A stretch of DNA of 64,000 nucleotides from a virus (Duplodnaviria > Caudoviricetes), in IMG/VR virus record IMGVR_UViG_3300033463_006479, positions 1-64,000 of that record; one strand, written 5' to 3'. Of this stretch, positions 29,010 through 39,351 are shown one piece after another; the first letter of the stretch is position 1, and each line of letters begins with the position of its first letter. Both the position numbers and the translations under genes were made by a program. The notes below the pieces were generated by a model. It was not told the origin of the DNA and did no database searches. It was given only the letters and a program-made list of their open reading frames with translations.

Positions 29010-29627
29010 CTATATTGTCCAAGTTCCCAAATCACCTTTTAATGACTGCACTCCGCTGAACATATCACCAATATTCGGAACACTCGACACGTCCCAGTCA
29101 TCTATGTCTGGATTGCCGATTCTTATCTTCCAGCCGTCAAACGGATTTCCGCTTATTCTCGGATTGCTCTTGAAAGGTTCGGCCACCCAAACAATGTCGC
29201 ATTTTTTCGCATCCATTGCTTTTATGTCATCCTTTTCAAACGGAATCATCCTGCGTTTAGGTCTCAATATGGCCACAACTTTTACATCAGTAAGTTCAAA
29301 GTTTCTGTCAAACGAGCCAACGTTGAGATACCATAGACTGCTTGTTGAATTGTCATACCCTATCAAAAACCCGTCCTTGCCATAACTGTTGAGTGAACTC
29401 AACATTTTTTCAAGACCTTCAATATGGTCGTATCTGTATTTTGCGGCCTCGCTATATGACACATAAACGAACAGTTGCAGTATTTCGCTGTTGTCCACAC
29501 TAACCAGCACGCAGTCCCCGCTTTCAAGCTGTTTCTTCGGGGATGCCATACTGCCGAGTCTCGTCTTTGACATAGGCTTTATGTCAAGTTTCTCATTTAT
29601 GTATTCGTTTGAATCAAGTATTCTCAT
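29010..29627 (-). CDS. Tagged TGD-domain protein with a degenerate DUF285 tail
   Basis: PKKQLESGD domain and C-terminal DIDDWDVSSVPNIGDMF. Confidence 0.75.
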   Translation of the reverse strand: MRILDSNEYINEKLDIKPMSKTRLGSMASPKKQLESGDCVLVSVDNSEILQLFVYVSYSEAAKYRYDHIEGLEKMLSSLNSYGKDGFLIGYDNSTSSLWYLNVGSFDRNFELTDVKVVAILRPKRRMIPFEKDDIKAMDAKKCDIVWVAEPFKSNPRISGNPFDGWKIRIGNPDIDDWDVSSVPNIGDMFSGVQSLKGDLGTWTI

Positions 29628-29630
29628 AGT

Positions 29631-30518
29631 TTAGTTTATTATATTTCCTTTCACCCAACTTGGATGCCCTTTTGGTAAAATAAGATTTTGGTTATAACTG
29701 CAATAAAAATCGCCACCAACTTCTTGCGGTGCTCCTTCAAGTGTGGTCAGTTCATTATGACTGCAAATAAAATCACCACCGACTTCTTGTGGTGCTCCTT
29801 CAAGGGTGGTCAGTTTATTACCACGGCAACTAAAATCCCCACCAACCACACTCGGTGCTCCTTTAAGGGCGGTCAGTTTATTTCTGCTGCAATCAAAATT
29901 ACCACCAACTTTCTGCGGTGCATATTCAAGTGATTTAAGTTCATTGCGATTGCAATCAAAATCATCTTCAACTTTTTGTGGTGCATATTCAAGTGATTTA
30001 AGTTTGTTGTTGCTGCAATAAAATTCATAAACTTCTTGTGGTACACCATTTAATGATGTCAAATTGTTAACTGAACAATCAAAAGTACCGTCAACTTCCT
30101 GCGGTGCACCTTCAAGTGTTGTCAGTTCGTTGTATGAACAATTAAAATAGCCACTAACTTTTTGTGGTGCACCTTCAAGTGATGTGAGTTTATTATCATA
30201 ACAATCAAAATGTCCTCCCACATATTTTGGTGCGTCTTCAAGTGTTGTTAAGCCACACTCATAACAATAAAAATCTCCGTTCACAACACCAAATTTAATA
30301 GAAAACTTACCATTAATTATAATGCGTTCATCAACACAAACGTCCCCATTACAATCATAACGTTTCGTTATGGGATTCCACTTCAGTTCATTATCTTCTA
30401 TGAACTCCCTTATTGTATCATCAACCTCTGGTTCTTTAAAATCATTAAGCCGTTCATTTGTAACTGGTGCGATATTCAGTTTCTCGTTTATGTACTCGTT
30501 TGAATTAAGTATTTTCAT
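29631..30518 (-). CDS. Tagged 21-aa LRR protein
   Basis: Tag plus LRR repeats. TATAAATA at 30537-30544. Confidence 0.85.
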   Translation of the reverse strand: MKILNSNEYINEKLNIAPVTNERLNDFKEPEVDDTIREFIEDNELKWNPITKRYDCNGDVCVDERIIINGKFSIKFGVVNGDFYCYECGLTTLEDAPKYVGGHFDCYDNKLTSLEGAPQKVSGYFNCSYNELTTLEGAPQEVDGTFDCSVNNLTSLNGVPQEVYEFYCSNNKLKSLEYAPQKVEDDFDCNRNELKSLEYAPQKVGGNFDCSRNKLTALKGAPSVVGGDFSCRGNKLTTLEGAPQEVGGDFICSHNELTTLEGAPQEVGGDFYCSYNQNLILPKGHPSWVKGNIIN

Positions 30519-30539
30519 ATCATTATAATGTTGTTATAT

Positions 30540-31937
30540 TTATATAAAATTTGGCTGGTTTCCCTTGATTTTTGACAATGGCGAGTTATAGGAAAACTTG
30601 AAATACGTTGCATCTCTCCGCACATTCCATTCTGAAATATCCCCAGAAAAATCAGAATAACTGAACATAAAGGACATATCTTCAACATTGCCGACATTCC
30701 ATTTTGAAATGTCCCCGTTGAAATGCGAATCCTCAAACATACTTTTCATATCATTCACATTGCTGACATTCCATTTGGAAATGTCTCCGTTGAACTCGGA
30801 GTTCATAAACATACTGTTCATATTCTTTACTTTTCCCACATTCCATTTGGATATATCCCCGTTGAACTTGGAAGTGTTGAACATATTCGCCATATCTTCC
30901 ACGTTACCCACATTCCATTTGGAAATGTCCCCGTTGAAATCGGTGTTCATAAACATACTGTGCATAGACACAACATTTGAAACATTCCATTTTGAAATGT
31001 CGCCAGTGAAATATGAATCTTCAAACATATATGACATATACTTCACTTTGCTGACATTCCATCCAGATATATCTTGGTTAAAATCGGTTTCTTCAAACAT
31101 ACAAGTCATATCTCTAACATTGCCGACATTCCATTTGGAAACGTCCCCGTTGAATTTTGAACCAGCAAACATACAATACATATATTCAACATTTGAAACA
31201 TCCCAGCCAGATATATCCCCGTTGAAATCGGAATTACGGAACATATGATTCATATTTCTAACATTTGACACATCCCATTGTGAGATGTCGCCGTTGAAAT
31301 ATGATGATGCGAACAGCCCGCTCATATCAGTAACCCTATGCGTCTTTATAAAATTCAAATCCGCATCGCTTCCGTATTTTTTCACGGAAGATGCCACAAT
31401 ATCCTTTATTGTATCGTTTTCAGCGACCACATAAGTTTTGCATATCTCACCAAGCCTGCTTTTCGTAACGGGTTTTATGCCAAGTTTTTCATCAACCGAA
31501 CCTATGTAGCCGACTTTCGTCTTTCCGAACACGTCCTCTATCACCAAGCAGGTGTCTGTTGCGAACATACCCATTGAAAGATGCGGATTGTCAATAAGCC
31601 CGAAATCCAACCTCAACAATCGCATAAGTTCCTCCGTCAGTTTGTTCGTTCCGAAATGCAAAGGCAGGCAATCTTCCACACGGTCTCTGCCGTGGCTTTT
31701 CAACTTTGCAGCAGCCGCAAACAGTTTCTCATTGAAAACCTCAAGCGTTCTTCTTGACAAGCACAGCGTTATGAAGTAATGGTAAATATGCCCGTCATCG
31801 CCGACCACTCCCCTGCCGATTTTGGCATTGGCCAACTTCGCCTTCAGTGTTTCAATATCTCCCATAAGCCTTGTCCTTGTGACTGGCTTTATGTCAAGTT
31901 TCTCGTTTATATATTTGTCAGAATCAAGTATTTTCAT
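30540..31937 (-). CDS. Tagged two-module protein (unknown domain plus DUF285)
   Basis: Starts MKILDSDKY. Internal tag SVDEKLGIKPVTKSRL. Confidence 0.85.
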   Translation of the reverse strand: MKILDSDKYINEKLDIKPVTRTRLMGDIETLKAKLANAKIGRGVVGDDGHIYHYFITLCLSRRTLEVFNEKLFAAAAKLKSHGRDRVEDCLPLHFGTNKLTEELMRLLRLDFGLIDNPHLSMGMFATDTCLVIEDVFGKTKVGYIGSVDEKLGIKPVTKSRLGEICKTYVVAENDTIKDIVASSVKKYGSDADLNFIKTHRVTDMSGLFASSYFNGDISQWDVSNVRNMNHMFRNSDFNGDISGWDVSNVEYMYCMFAGSKFNGDVSKWNVGNVRDMTCMFEETDFNQDISGWNVSKVKYMSYMFEDSYFTGDISKWNVSNVVSMHSMFMNTDFNGDISKWNVGNVEDMANMFNTSKFNGDISKWNVGKVKNMNSMFMNSEFNGDISKWNVSNVNDMKSMFEDSHFNGDISKWNVGNVEDMSFMFSYSDFSGDISEWNVRRDATYFKFSYNSPLSKIKGNQPNFI

Positions 31938-31944
31938 ATTATTC

Positions 31945-32739
31945 CTATTGTTTTTTCTTCCATTCCATATACCATACTGGTGGGTTTTTTTCAAGCGGCG
32001 AATCAAAAAACATAAACTCCATATCTTTGACATTTGTTACATTCCATTTTGAAATATCACCATTGAAGTATGATTGGTTGAACATATATGACATATCTTC
32101 AGCATTTGAAACATTCCAGTTTGAAATGTTGACGTTGAATTTTGATGACATAAACATTCCTCCCATTTTTTTAACATTCGAAACATCCCATCTGGAAATA
32201 TCGCCGTTAAAATTGGAGTGCATAAACATATCCTCCATACTGGCAACATTGCTGACATCCCATTTGGAAATGTCCCCGTTGAATTTTGCACCAGCAAACA
32301 TACCATACATATTTTTCACATTTGAAACATCCCATTCTGATATGCTCCCTTTGAAATTTGAATATGCGAACATATCCCGCATACTTTCAACGCTTGACAC
32401 ATCCCATTTTGATATGTCCCCATTAAACCTTGTGCTGTTGAACATACAATACATATTTTTCACATTTGAAACATCCCAGTAATATATGTCGCCATTAAAA
32501 AGTTTAAGATTGTCGCTCATTCTAAACAAGTTTGACATATTTGTTATTGCAGAAACGTCAATGTCGTTGAGGTCGCAGCGATATCCTTTTTCGTTTATGC
32601 GTTCCTCTATTATGTCGGCAAGTTCAGTCACGGTACTCGGATGGTGTGTGTATATGACAAGACCAGACAACCTCGTTCTTGTAACTGGGCGTATATTCAG
32701 TTTCTCGTTTATATATTCATTTGTGCCAAGTATTCTCAT
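31945..32739 (-). CDS. Tagged DUF285 repeat protein
   Basis: Tag plus repeats. Confidence 0.85.
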   Translation of the reverse strand: MRILGTNEYINEKLNIRPVTRTRLSGLVIYTHHPSTVTELADIIEERINEKGYRCDLNDIDVSAITNMSNLFRMSDNLKLFNGDIYYWDVSNVKNMYCMFNSTRFNGDISKWDVSSVESMRDMFAYSNFKGSISEWDVSNVKNMYGMFAGAKFNGDISKWDVSNVASMEDMFMHSNFNGDISRWDVSNVKKMGGMFMSSKFNVNISNWNVSNAEDMSYMFNQSYFNGDISKWNVTNVKDMEFMFFDSPLEKNPPVWYMEWKKKQ

Positions 32740-32746
32740 AACGCCA

Positions 32747-33616
32747 TTATAATGTTCTGATTAAATCCTTATACCATTCTGGCGGGGTATTCCATAACGG
32801 AGAATCATCAAACATATCCAGACATCTTTTCAGACTTAACGGTTTCCATTTAGATAGGTCTCCGCTGAAATGCGACTTGTAAAACATACAATACATATCC
32901 ACAACACTTGAAACATCCCAGTCTGATATATCTCCATTGAAGTCCGAGGACTCAAACATATGCCGCATATTCTTAACTTTTGACACATCCCATTTTGATA
33001 TGTCCCCGTTGAAATCTGCGTCATTGAACATTTCCCTCATATCTTCAACATTACCCACATCCCATTTGGAAATGTCGCCATTGAATTTGCTTCTGCGAAA
33101 CATATAACTCATATTAACAACTTTGCCGACATTCCACTTTGAAATGTCGCCATTGAATTTAGACCAATTAAACATAGTGCTCATATCTGTTACATTTGAC
33201 ACATCCCAGTCTGATATGTCCCCGTTGAACGCTGAATTGCTGAACATACTATGCATATTCGTAACATTGCGCACATCCCATTTTGACAAGTCGCCGTTAA
33301 ATGTGCTGTTGTCGTTGAACATACTTACCATAGTTTTTACATTGGAAACATCCCACTCTGACACGTTTCCGTGGAAGTTCGCACCCTCAAACATATAGTC
33401 CATATCCTCAATAAGCGAAACATCAATGTCGTTGAGGTCGCAATCACGGCCAACTTCTTTTATTCTCTTGAATATAAGCTGAACAAGCTCGTCCTTTGTT
33501 TTTGGAAAATACTTGTATTTTCCGTATTTCCGCTTGTATTCGGACAGTGTGCTTTTTCCTATTGGCTTGATTGTGAGCTTTTCACTTATGTATTTTTCTG
33601 ATTTCAGTATTTCCAT
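32747..33616 (-). CDS. Tagged DUF285 repeat protein
   Basis: Tag plus repeats. Confidence 0.85.
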   Translation of the reverse strand: MEILKSEKYISEKLTIKPIGKSTLSEYKRKYGKYKYFPKTKDELVQLIFKRIKEVGRDCDLNDIDVSLIEDMDYMFEGANFHGNVSEWDVSNVKTMVSMFNDNSTFNGDLSKWDVRNVTNMHSMFSNSAFNGDISDWDVSNVTDMSTMFNWSKFNGDISKWNVGKVVNMSYMFRRSKFNGDISKWDVGNVEDMREMFNDADFNGDISKWDVSKVKNMRHMFESSDFNGDISDWDVSSVVDMYCMFYKSHFSGDLSKWKPLSLKRCLDMFDDSPLWNTPPEWYKDLIRTL

Positions 33617-33623
33617 AATGCTA

Positions 33624-34502
33624 TTAAAATTTATTCAAAGCCTTGTACCAGTCTGGCTTTATATATTCTGATGGCAAATAGCGAAACATATCATACGACA
33701 TTTGCAGACTTTTTACATTCCATCTGGAAATGTCACGATTGAATTTTTTCGCACCCATAAACATAAAATTCATATTTTCTACATTTGAAACATCCCAATC
33801 TGATATGTTTCCATTAAATTGTGATTCTTTGAACATACCTTCCATATTGGTCACGTTGGAAACATCCCATTTTGAGATATTGCCGTCAAACACAGAAAAC
33901 GCAAACATCCAACTCATATTGTTAACATTGGAAACATTCCATCTGGAAATGTCACCATTGAATTTTTCAGCACCGTAGAACATATAAGTCATATCCAACA
34001 CCTTTGACACATTCCATTTGGATAAGTCCCCGTTGAAATTAGAATTGCAAAACATATGTGTCATATCCATCACGTTCTTGACATCCCATTTTGATATATC
34101 CCCGTTGAACGCAGAATTGGAAAACATCTCACTCATATTTAAAACATTATACACCTTCCATTTTGACAAATCACCGTCAAACTCCTCATTTCCTTTGAAC
34201 ATACCTTCCATATTCCACACATTGGAAACATCCCATTCCGATATGTCGCCATTGAATTTGTCGTAATGTGCCGAAAACAATTTGGACATATCTTCAATAC
34301 GTGAAACATCAATATCGTTGAGGTTGCACTCCCACCCTTCATTTACTATCCTTGTGTAAAGTATTTCATTCAAATCACACCTTGTTTTTGGGAAATACTT
34401 GTACTTTTCAAACTTTCGCTTATAGTCGGACAGCGTGGTTTTCCCTATCGGCTTGATGCCCAGTTTCTCATTAATGTATTCGTTTGTATCAAATATCTTC
34501 AT
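33624..34502 (-). CDS. Tagged DUF285 repeat protein
   Basis: Starts MKIFDTNEY at 34502. Confidence 0.85.
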   Translation of the reverse strand: MKIFDTNEYINEKLGIKPIGKTTLSDYKRKFEKYKYFPKTRCDLNEILYTRIVNEGWECNLNDIDVSRIEDMSKLFSAHYDKFNGDISEWDVSNVWNMEGMFKGNEEFDGDLSKWKVYNVLNMSEMFSNSAFNGDISKWDVKNVMDMTHMFCNSNFNGDLSKWNVSKVLDMTYMFYGAEKFNGDISRWNVSNVNNMSWMFAFSVFDGNISKWDVSNVTNMEGMFKESQFNGNISDWDVSNVENMNFMFMGAKKFNRDISRWNVKSLQMSYDMFRYLPSEYIKPDWYKALNKF

Positions 34503-34518
34503 AATGTCATTATAATGT

Positions 34519-36039
34519 TTATGCGAGGCTGTCATACCAATATGGTGCTTTTCCGTCAAGCGGTGAGTTGGTGAACATAAACCCGCTCGGTCTCAAACTC
34601 TTCGTGTTCCATCTGGAAAGGTCGCCATTGAATTTTGAATATGCGAACATACAGTCCATATTGACTACATTGGAAACATCCCAGTCCGATATGCTTCCGT
34701 TGAACACAGAAGCTATGAACATACGCTCCATATTCGTAACACTGGAAACGTCCCAATACGATATGTCCCCGTTGAACTTGGAGTTGGCGAACATAAAGGA
34801 CATATCTTCAACATTGGAAACATTCCATTCTGAAATGTCCCCGTTGAAATTTGAATCGGAGAACATTTCTGCCATATATTTCACATTGCCGACATTCCAC
34901 TTTGAAATGTCGCCGTTGAAATTTGACTTTTTGAACATACCGTTCATATTGAAAACACTTGAAACATCCCATCTGGAAATGTCGCCTTGAAATGCCGATT
35001 CAACAAACATCTCTTTCATATTTTCAACTTTGCTGACATCCCATTTTGAAATGTCGCCATTGAAAACCGAATCCTCAAACATATTGTTCATTGCAATAAC
35101 TTTGCCGACATCCCATTTGGAAATGTCACCGTTAAATTTAGACCAGTTGAACATATACGCCATATCTGTTACATTGGAAACGTCCCAGTCCGAGATATTT
35201 TTGTTGAATGACGAATGGCAGAACATCGACCCCATATCCGTAACATTGGAAACATTCCATTTGGAAATATCTCCGTTGAAATATGAACGATAAAACATTC
35301 TATGCATATTTCTGACATTGCTGACATCCCATTCGGATATGTCGCCTTGGAATGTTGTGTTTCTGAACAATTCCACCATTTCGTAAATCATCGAAACATC
35401 AATGTCGTTGAGGTTGCAGAATATGCCTTCTTTCTGTATTCTTTTGTGTATTATGTCCTTCAGCTCTTCTTTCGTTTTCGGAAAATACTTATACTTTCCG
35501 TATTTCCCTTTGTAATCTGAAAGCGTTGTTTTGCTTATCGGCTTGATTATGAGCTTTTCATTCAAGCGTTTTGTGCGTTTCCACACAAATTTGCTGTTGC
35601 CGAGTGTGTAACCCCTTTTGAAAAAATCCAATGTCAGTGGTGTTTGAATTATGTTCGGCCTCATTATGCCACTGATGTGATAGTCTTTGTCAAATGTGGC
35701 GAAAAGATTGTCATTAAATATGCTTGCGTTCATATATTCGAATTTCTTTGAACTATTGTCATAATAAACAAGAAACCCGTCAAGAATAAGGTCTTTGTCG
35801 CCAACAAGTATAAGTTCAAGGCCGCTTAATGATTCGTAGTATTCATTGTATTCCACAACATCCTCATAGGATATGTATGTCAATATGCCAAAAGTGCCTT
35901 TCTGTTTGTTTATTATCACACCATCCCCGCTTTTCAGCATACGCTTCGGCGGATTGCCCAACGTGGAAAGCCTTGTCTTTGTAACTGGCTTTATATCCAA
36001 TTTTTCGTCTATGTATTTGTTTGAATCAAGTATTCTCAT
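34519..36039 (-). CDS. Tagged two-module protein (TGD domain plus DUF285)
   Basis: Internal tag RLNEKLIIKPISKTTL. Confidence 0.85.
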   Translation of the reverse strand: MRILDSNKYIDEKLDIKPVTKTRLSTLGNPPKRMLKSGDGVIINKQKGTFGILTYISYEDVVEYNEYYESLSGLELILVGDKDLILDGFLVYYDNSSKKFEYMNASIFNDNLFATFDKDYHISGIMRPNIIQTPLTLDFFKRGYTLGNSKFVWKRTKRLNEKLIIKPISKTTLSDYKGKYGKYKYFPKTKEELKDIIHKRIQKEGIFCNLNDIDVSMIYEMVELFRNTTFQGDISEWDVSNVRNMHRMFYRSYFNGDISKWNVSNVTDMGSMFCHSSFNKNISDWDVSNVTDMAYMFNWSKFNGDISKWDVGKVIAMNNMFEDSVFNGDISKWDVSKVENMKEMFVESAFQGDISRWDVSSVFNMNGMFKKSNFNGDISKWNVGNVKYMAEMFSDSNFNGDISEWNVSNVEDMSFMFANSKFNGDISYWDVSSVTNMERMFIASVFNGSISDWDVSNVVNMDCMFAYSKFNGDLSRWNTKSLRPSGFMFTNSPLDGKAPYWYDSLA

Positions 36040-36053
36040 AATTCATTTATAGT

Positions 36054-36809
36054 TTAACATTTTATTCCACCAGCAATACCGCTTGGTGTTACTTCTGGCA
36101 AAATCAGATTAGGATTTCGCATACAAATAAGCCTGCCTCTGATTTTGTTCGGCGCACCTTTTATTGATATTAGGTCGTTATCGGAACAATCAAAATCCCC
36201 TCCCACTTCTTGTGGTGCTCCTTCAAGCGATGTCAGTTTGTTGTGGTAACATACAAAATCCCCATTGACAATTTTCGGTGCTCCTTCGAGTGTTGTCAGT
36301 TGGTTTTTGGCACAAATGAAATCCCCGCCAACTATTTGCGGTGCGCCTTCAAGGGAAGTGAGGTTGTTTTCATCACAAAAAAATCCTTTTCCGATTTTAC
36401 TTGTCGCACCTTTAAGCGTTGATAAGTTGCTGTGGCCGCAATAATAATTTCCCATAATGCTTTTTGGGGAATGTTCCAACGATTTAAGCATATTGCTATT
36501 GCAGTTGAAATCCCCTTCTATTTCTTCTGGAACACCATAAAGTGTGGTAAGCCCGATTTTATAACAAGTGAAATCGCCTTCAACACGACCGAACTTTATG
36601 ATTAGTTTCCCGTTATTTACAGCATCAGTGCCAAGAATGACATTATGCTTGCAGTCAAACCGTTTCGTGTTCTCATTCCAGATGAGGTCGTATTTTTCAA
36701 CAAGCTCCCTATTCACCTCAACGCACAAATCACCAAGCCTTGATTTTGAAATCGGCTGGATTGTGAGCTTTTCTGTTATGTATTCTTCTGTCCTTAATAT
36801 CTTTGCCAT
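36054..36809 (-). CDS. Tagged 21-aa LRR protein (divergent)
   Basis: YITEKLTIQPISKSRL followed by LRR repeats. Confidence 0.85.
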   Translation of the reverse strand: MAKILRTEEYITEKLTIQPISKSRLGDLCVEVNRELVEKYDLIWNENTKRFDCKHNVILGTDAVNNGKLIIKFGRVEGDFTCYKIGLTTLYGVPEEIEGDFNCNSNMLKSLEHSPKSIMGNYYCGHSNLSTLKGATSKIGKGFFCDENNLTSLEGAPQIVGGDFICAKNQLTTLEGAPKIVNGDFVCYHNKLTSLEGAPQEVGGDFDCSDNDLISIKGAPNKIRGRLICMRNPNLILPEVTPSGIAGGIKC

Positions 36810-36817
36810 ATCTTTTA

Positions 36818-37621
36818 TTAAATATTGAAATCATCAACGCCTTCAATTACATCGCTCAAATTTACTGATTCCATTTTTTCATTATTGTCAATATACCATC
36901 CGCATTTTCTTTTTAAAGAGCCGCCTTTCCACACCATTTTGATATATTGTACTGGATTTCCATATATGTCCTTACTTATGTCTTTGCCGTCTATGGCTTT
37001 TTCATAATTGTATATGCCGTAAAAATAATCAAAAAATCCTTGGTCTGCATATTTATTATAATTAGGCCGAACTATATCCTTTATGAAAAGGACTGTTAGG
37101 TTTTTTATATTGCTGGTGAATATATCTGACTTGCAATCAATAAGTTCACTCAAATTATAAAAAACATATTTCATACCAAGATAAGTTATTGATGTATCCC
37201 AGATTGCAGCAATCGGTGCTATTTCTACGGATTGGTTGCTGCTACAAACAGTAACATTATTTTTGGTAAGTACGCTTATTGCGGAATCATATATGTTTTT
37301 TGGTACTGTTTTTACCCATTCAGATTTATCATTTTTCAAACACCAAGAAGGCTTAAAAACCAAATCAAATTCATTTTTATTGTTACGGGCATAAGCAAGA
37401 GCATATTCATCATAGTTGAACGAAGGATATGCCCATTTCCGTTTACACCAAAGAGCATAGGCCAGAGTGTATATGGTTTCATCAGTAGTTTGAGGACAAT
37501 CAATGTAATTTTCCGCATTGAAAAAATCCTTATACTTTTTGAATCTGTGCAAACGACCTTTATTAACTGGCTTAATTGTAAGTTTTTCAGCAATATAATC
37601 TTCTGTTCTTAATATGTTCAT
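36818..37621 (-). CDS. Tagged CPxT..ET-domain protein
   Basis: Starts MNILRTEDYIAEKL. Contains CPQTTDETIYTLAYAL, YDSAI and KDIYGN. Confidence 0.75.
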   Translation of the reverse strand: MNILRTEDYIAEKLTIKPVNKGRLHRFKKYKDFFNAENYIDCPQTTDETIYTLAYALWCKRKWAYPSFNYDEYALAYARNNKNEFDLVFKPSWCLKNDKSEWVKTVPKNIYDSAISVLTKNNVTVCSSNQSVEIAPIAAIWDTSITYLGMKYVFYNLSELIDCKSDIFTSNIKNLTVLFIKDIVRPNYNKYADQGFFDYFYGIYNYEKAIDGKDISKDIYGNPVQYIKMVWKGGSLKRKCGWYIDNNEKMESVNLSDVIEGVDDFNI

Positions 37622-37641
37622 AATACTTAAATTGTTGTTTT

Positions 37642-39351
37642 TCAAATGATTAAGTTGTCAAGTCCATCAACAAAATCAGAGAATTTCACTGGTGTCAATT
37701 TGCCGTCAATCTCCATAAGCAATCCGCTGTCCCTATTCCATATAACTTCCAGATATTTCACATCGTTTCCGTATATGTCCTTGGTCAAATCTTTGGCCAT
37801 TTCACCTTCAAAATATTCCTTGTCCGCATATTTCTGGTATTGCGGACGGACGATACTTTTCAAAAAACGAGCGACAAAATACGACTTGGTATATTTTATG
37901 TAACCGTCATACATACTGAAATCGTCAATTTCATATAAGCTGTGAATAACGTCATTATGCTCATCGTGTATGATACACAGTCCGATTTTGGGGGCAATTT
38001 CCATAAGCCCGCTTGCGGCTTGGCAAACCGCCTCCCCGTTTCTGTAAAGTATGTCAATGGCGGAATCATATATACTCTGGCTTGTTATTTTTTTCGACCA
38101 TTTGCATTTTTCAAGTTTTTCACGTTGAAGCTGCAATCTTATCTCTTCAAATTTCACTCTGATGCCTTTCGGACTGTTTGAGTCATACATTAAATAATAA
38201 TCGTACTTATCAAATTTTGGATTTATCCAAAGGTGTGTGGCAAACAGAGCATTTGCCAAAGCGTATGTCGTTTCATCAAAGGTTTTCGGGCATTCAATGA
38301 AATTGTCCGAATCATAGATGTTGTCATACTTTTTTATTCCGTGCAGGCGTTCCCTGCTGACTGGCCGTATGTTGAGTTTTTCATTCACACTTTCTGAAAC
38401 CTTGTCGGCTGGAACATATTTCTTGTTGTACCTGCTCCATATTGTGGCGGTATCCATATTTTCAACCCACTCTCTGTCATCAAGGCGGTTTATGTAATTC
38501 CTTGTGAGTTCCGATTTCTGGTTCACATCCTTCAATATGTAGTTTACCGTAATGTATTTGCTTGAAAGGTTGTTGTCAAGGTCGGCCACCGAAATTGATA
38601 TGCAACTTGCACCACTATCAATATCTCCTTTTTTGAACAATATGCCTTCCTCCGATGCTTTCATTGTTATCATATATCCATAAGAAAGAAGCAGTTTTTC
38701 GTATTTTTTCAAATCGTCCTTTCCTATGAATACCATTGTGAAACCTTCGTATGTGTTGGTATCAATCAGTCTGTCGCCTATAACAATGTCCCCAGTATGC
38801 AGTTTGTTTTTCGGAAGAATTGTGCGTTTGGCGTTGTCAAGCCTTGCTTTGGTGACTGGCCTTATGTCAAGTTTTTCTTCAACATTTTTTGGTCTTTCCC
38901 AAAGCATATAGCTCCCTTCTGGTGCGATGCCCCTTTTCAAGTATTCCATTGTAAGTGGCTTTGGCAAGTTTTTTCCACGCATTATGCCAAACGCTTCAAT
39001 CCTATTGTCGGATGGGAATTTCAGATTTTCGTCAAACAGACCAGCCTTCAGATATGCAAATGTGTTTTTATTTTTATCGAAACCGATAAAAACGCCATCA
39101 TCCAAACTGCCTTGCGCATCGTGGTAAATGTGGTGTATCCCTTTCCATTTGTAGCAGCCAAGTCGTTTGAACTCATCATATGATATATAGAAAAACGCAG
39201 CAAATCTTTGCTCTATGGTATGCATCATAACCAAATCTCCGTCTTTCAACAGTTTCTTCGGTGACTTTGAAAGATTGTGCAGCATTGTTTTTGAAACTGG
39301 CCTTATGTCAAGTTTCTCGTTCATATAGTCGGTGGTTTTCAATATTCTCAT
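37642..39351 (-). CDS. Tagged three-module protein (two TGD domains plus a CPxT..ET domain)
   Basis: Internal tags NVEEKLDIRPVTKARL and SVNEKLNIRPVSRERL. Confidence 0.8.
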   Translation of the reverse strand: MRILKTTDYMNEKLDIRPVSKTMLHNLSKSPKKLLKDGDLVMMHTIEQRFAAFFYISYDEFKRLGCYKWKGIHHIYHDAQGSLDDGVFIGFDKNKNTFAYLKAGLFDENLKFPSDNRIEAFGIMRGKNLPKPLTMEYLKRGIAPEGSYMLWERPKNVEEKLDIRPVTKARLDNAKRTILPKNKLHTGDIVIGDRLIDTNTYEGFTMVFIGKDDLKKYEKLLLSYGYMITMKASEEGILFKKGDIDSGASCISISVADLDNNLSSKYITVNYILKDVNQKSELTRNYINRLDDREWVENMDTATIWSRYNKKYVPADKVSESVNEKLNIRPVSRERLHGIKKYDNIYDSDNFIECPKTFDETTYALANALFATHLWINPKFDKYDYYLMYDSNSPKGIRVKFEEIRLQLQREKLEKCKWSKKITSQSIYDSAIDILYRNGEAVCQAASGLMEIAPKIGLCIIHDEHNDVIHSLYEIDDFSMYDGYIKYTKSYFVARFLKSIVRPQYQKYADKEYFEGEMAKDLTKDIYGNDVKYLEVIWNRDSGLLMEIDGKLTPVKFSDFVDGLDNLII

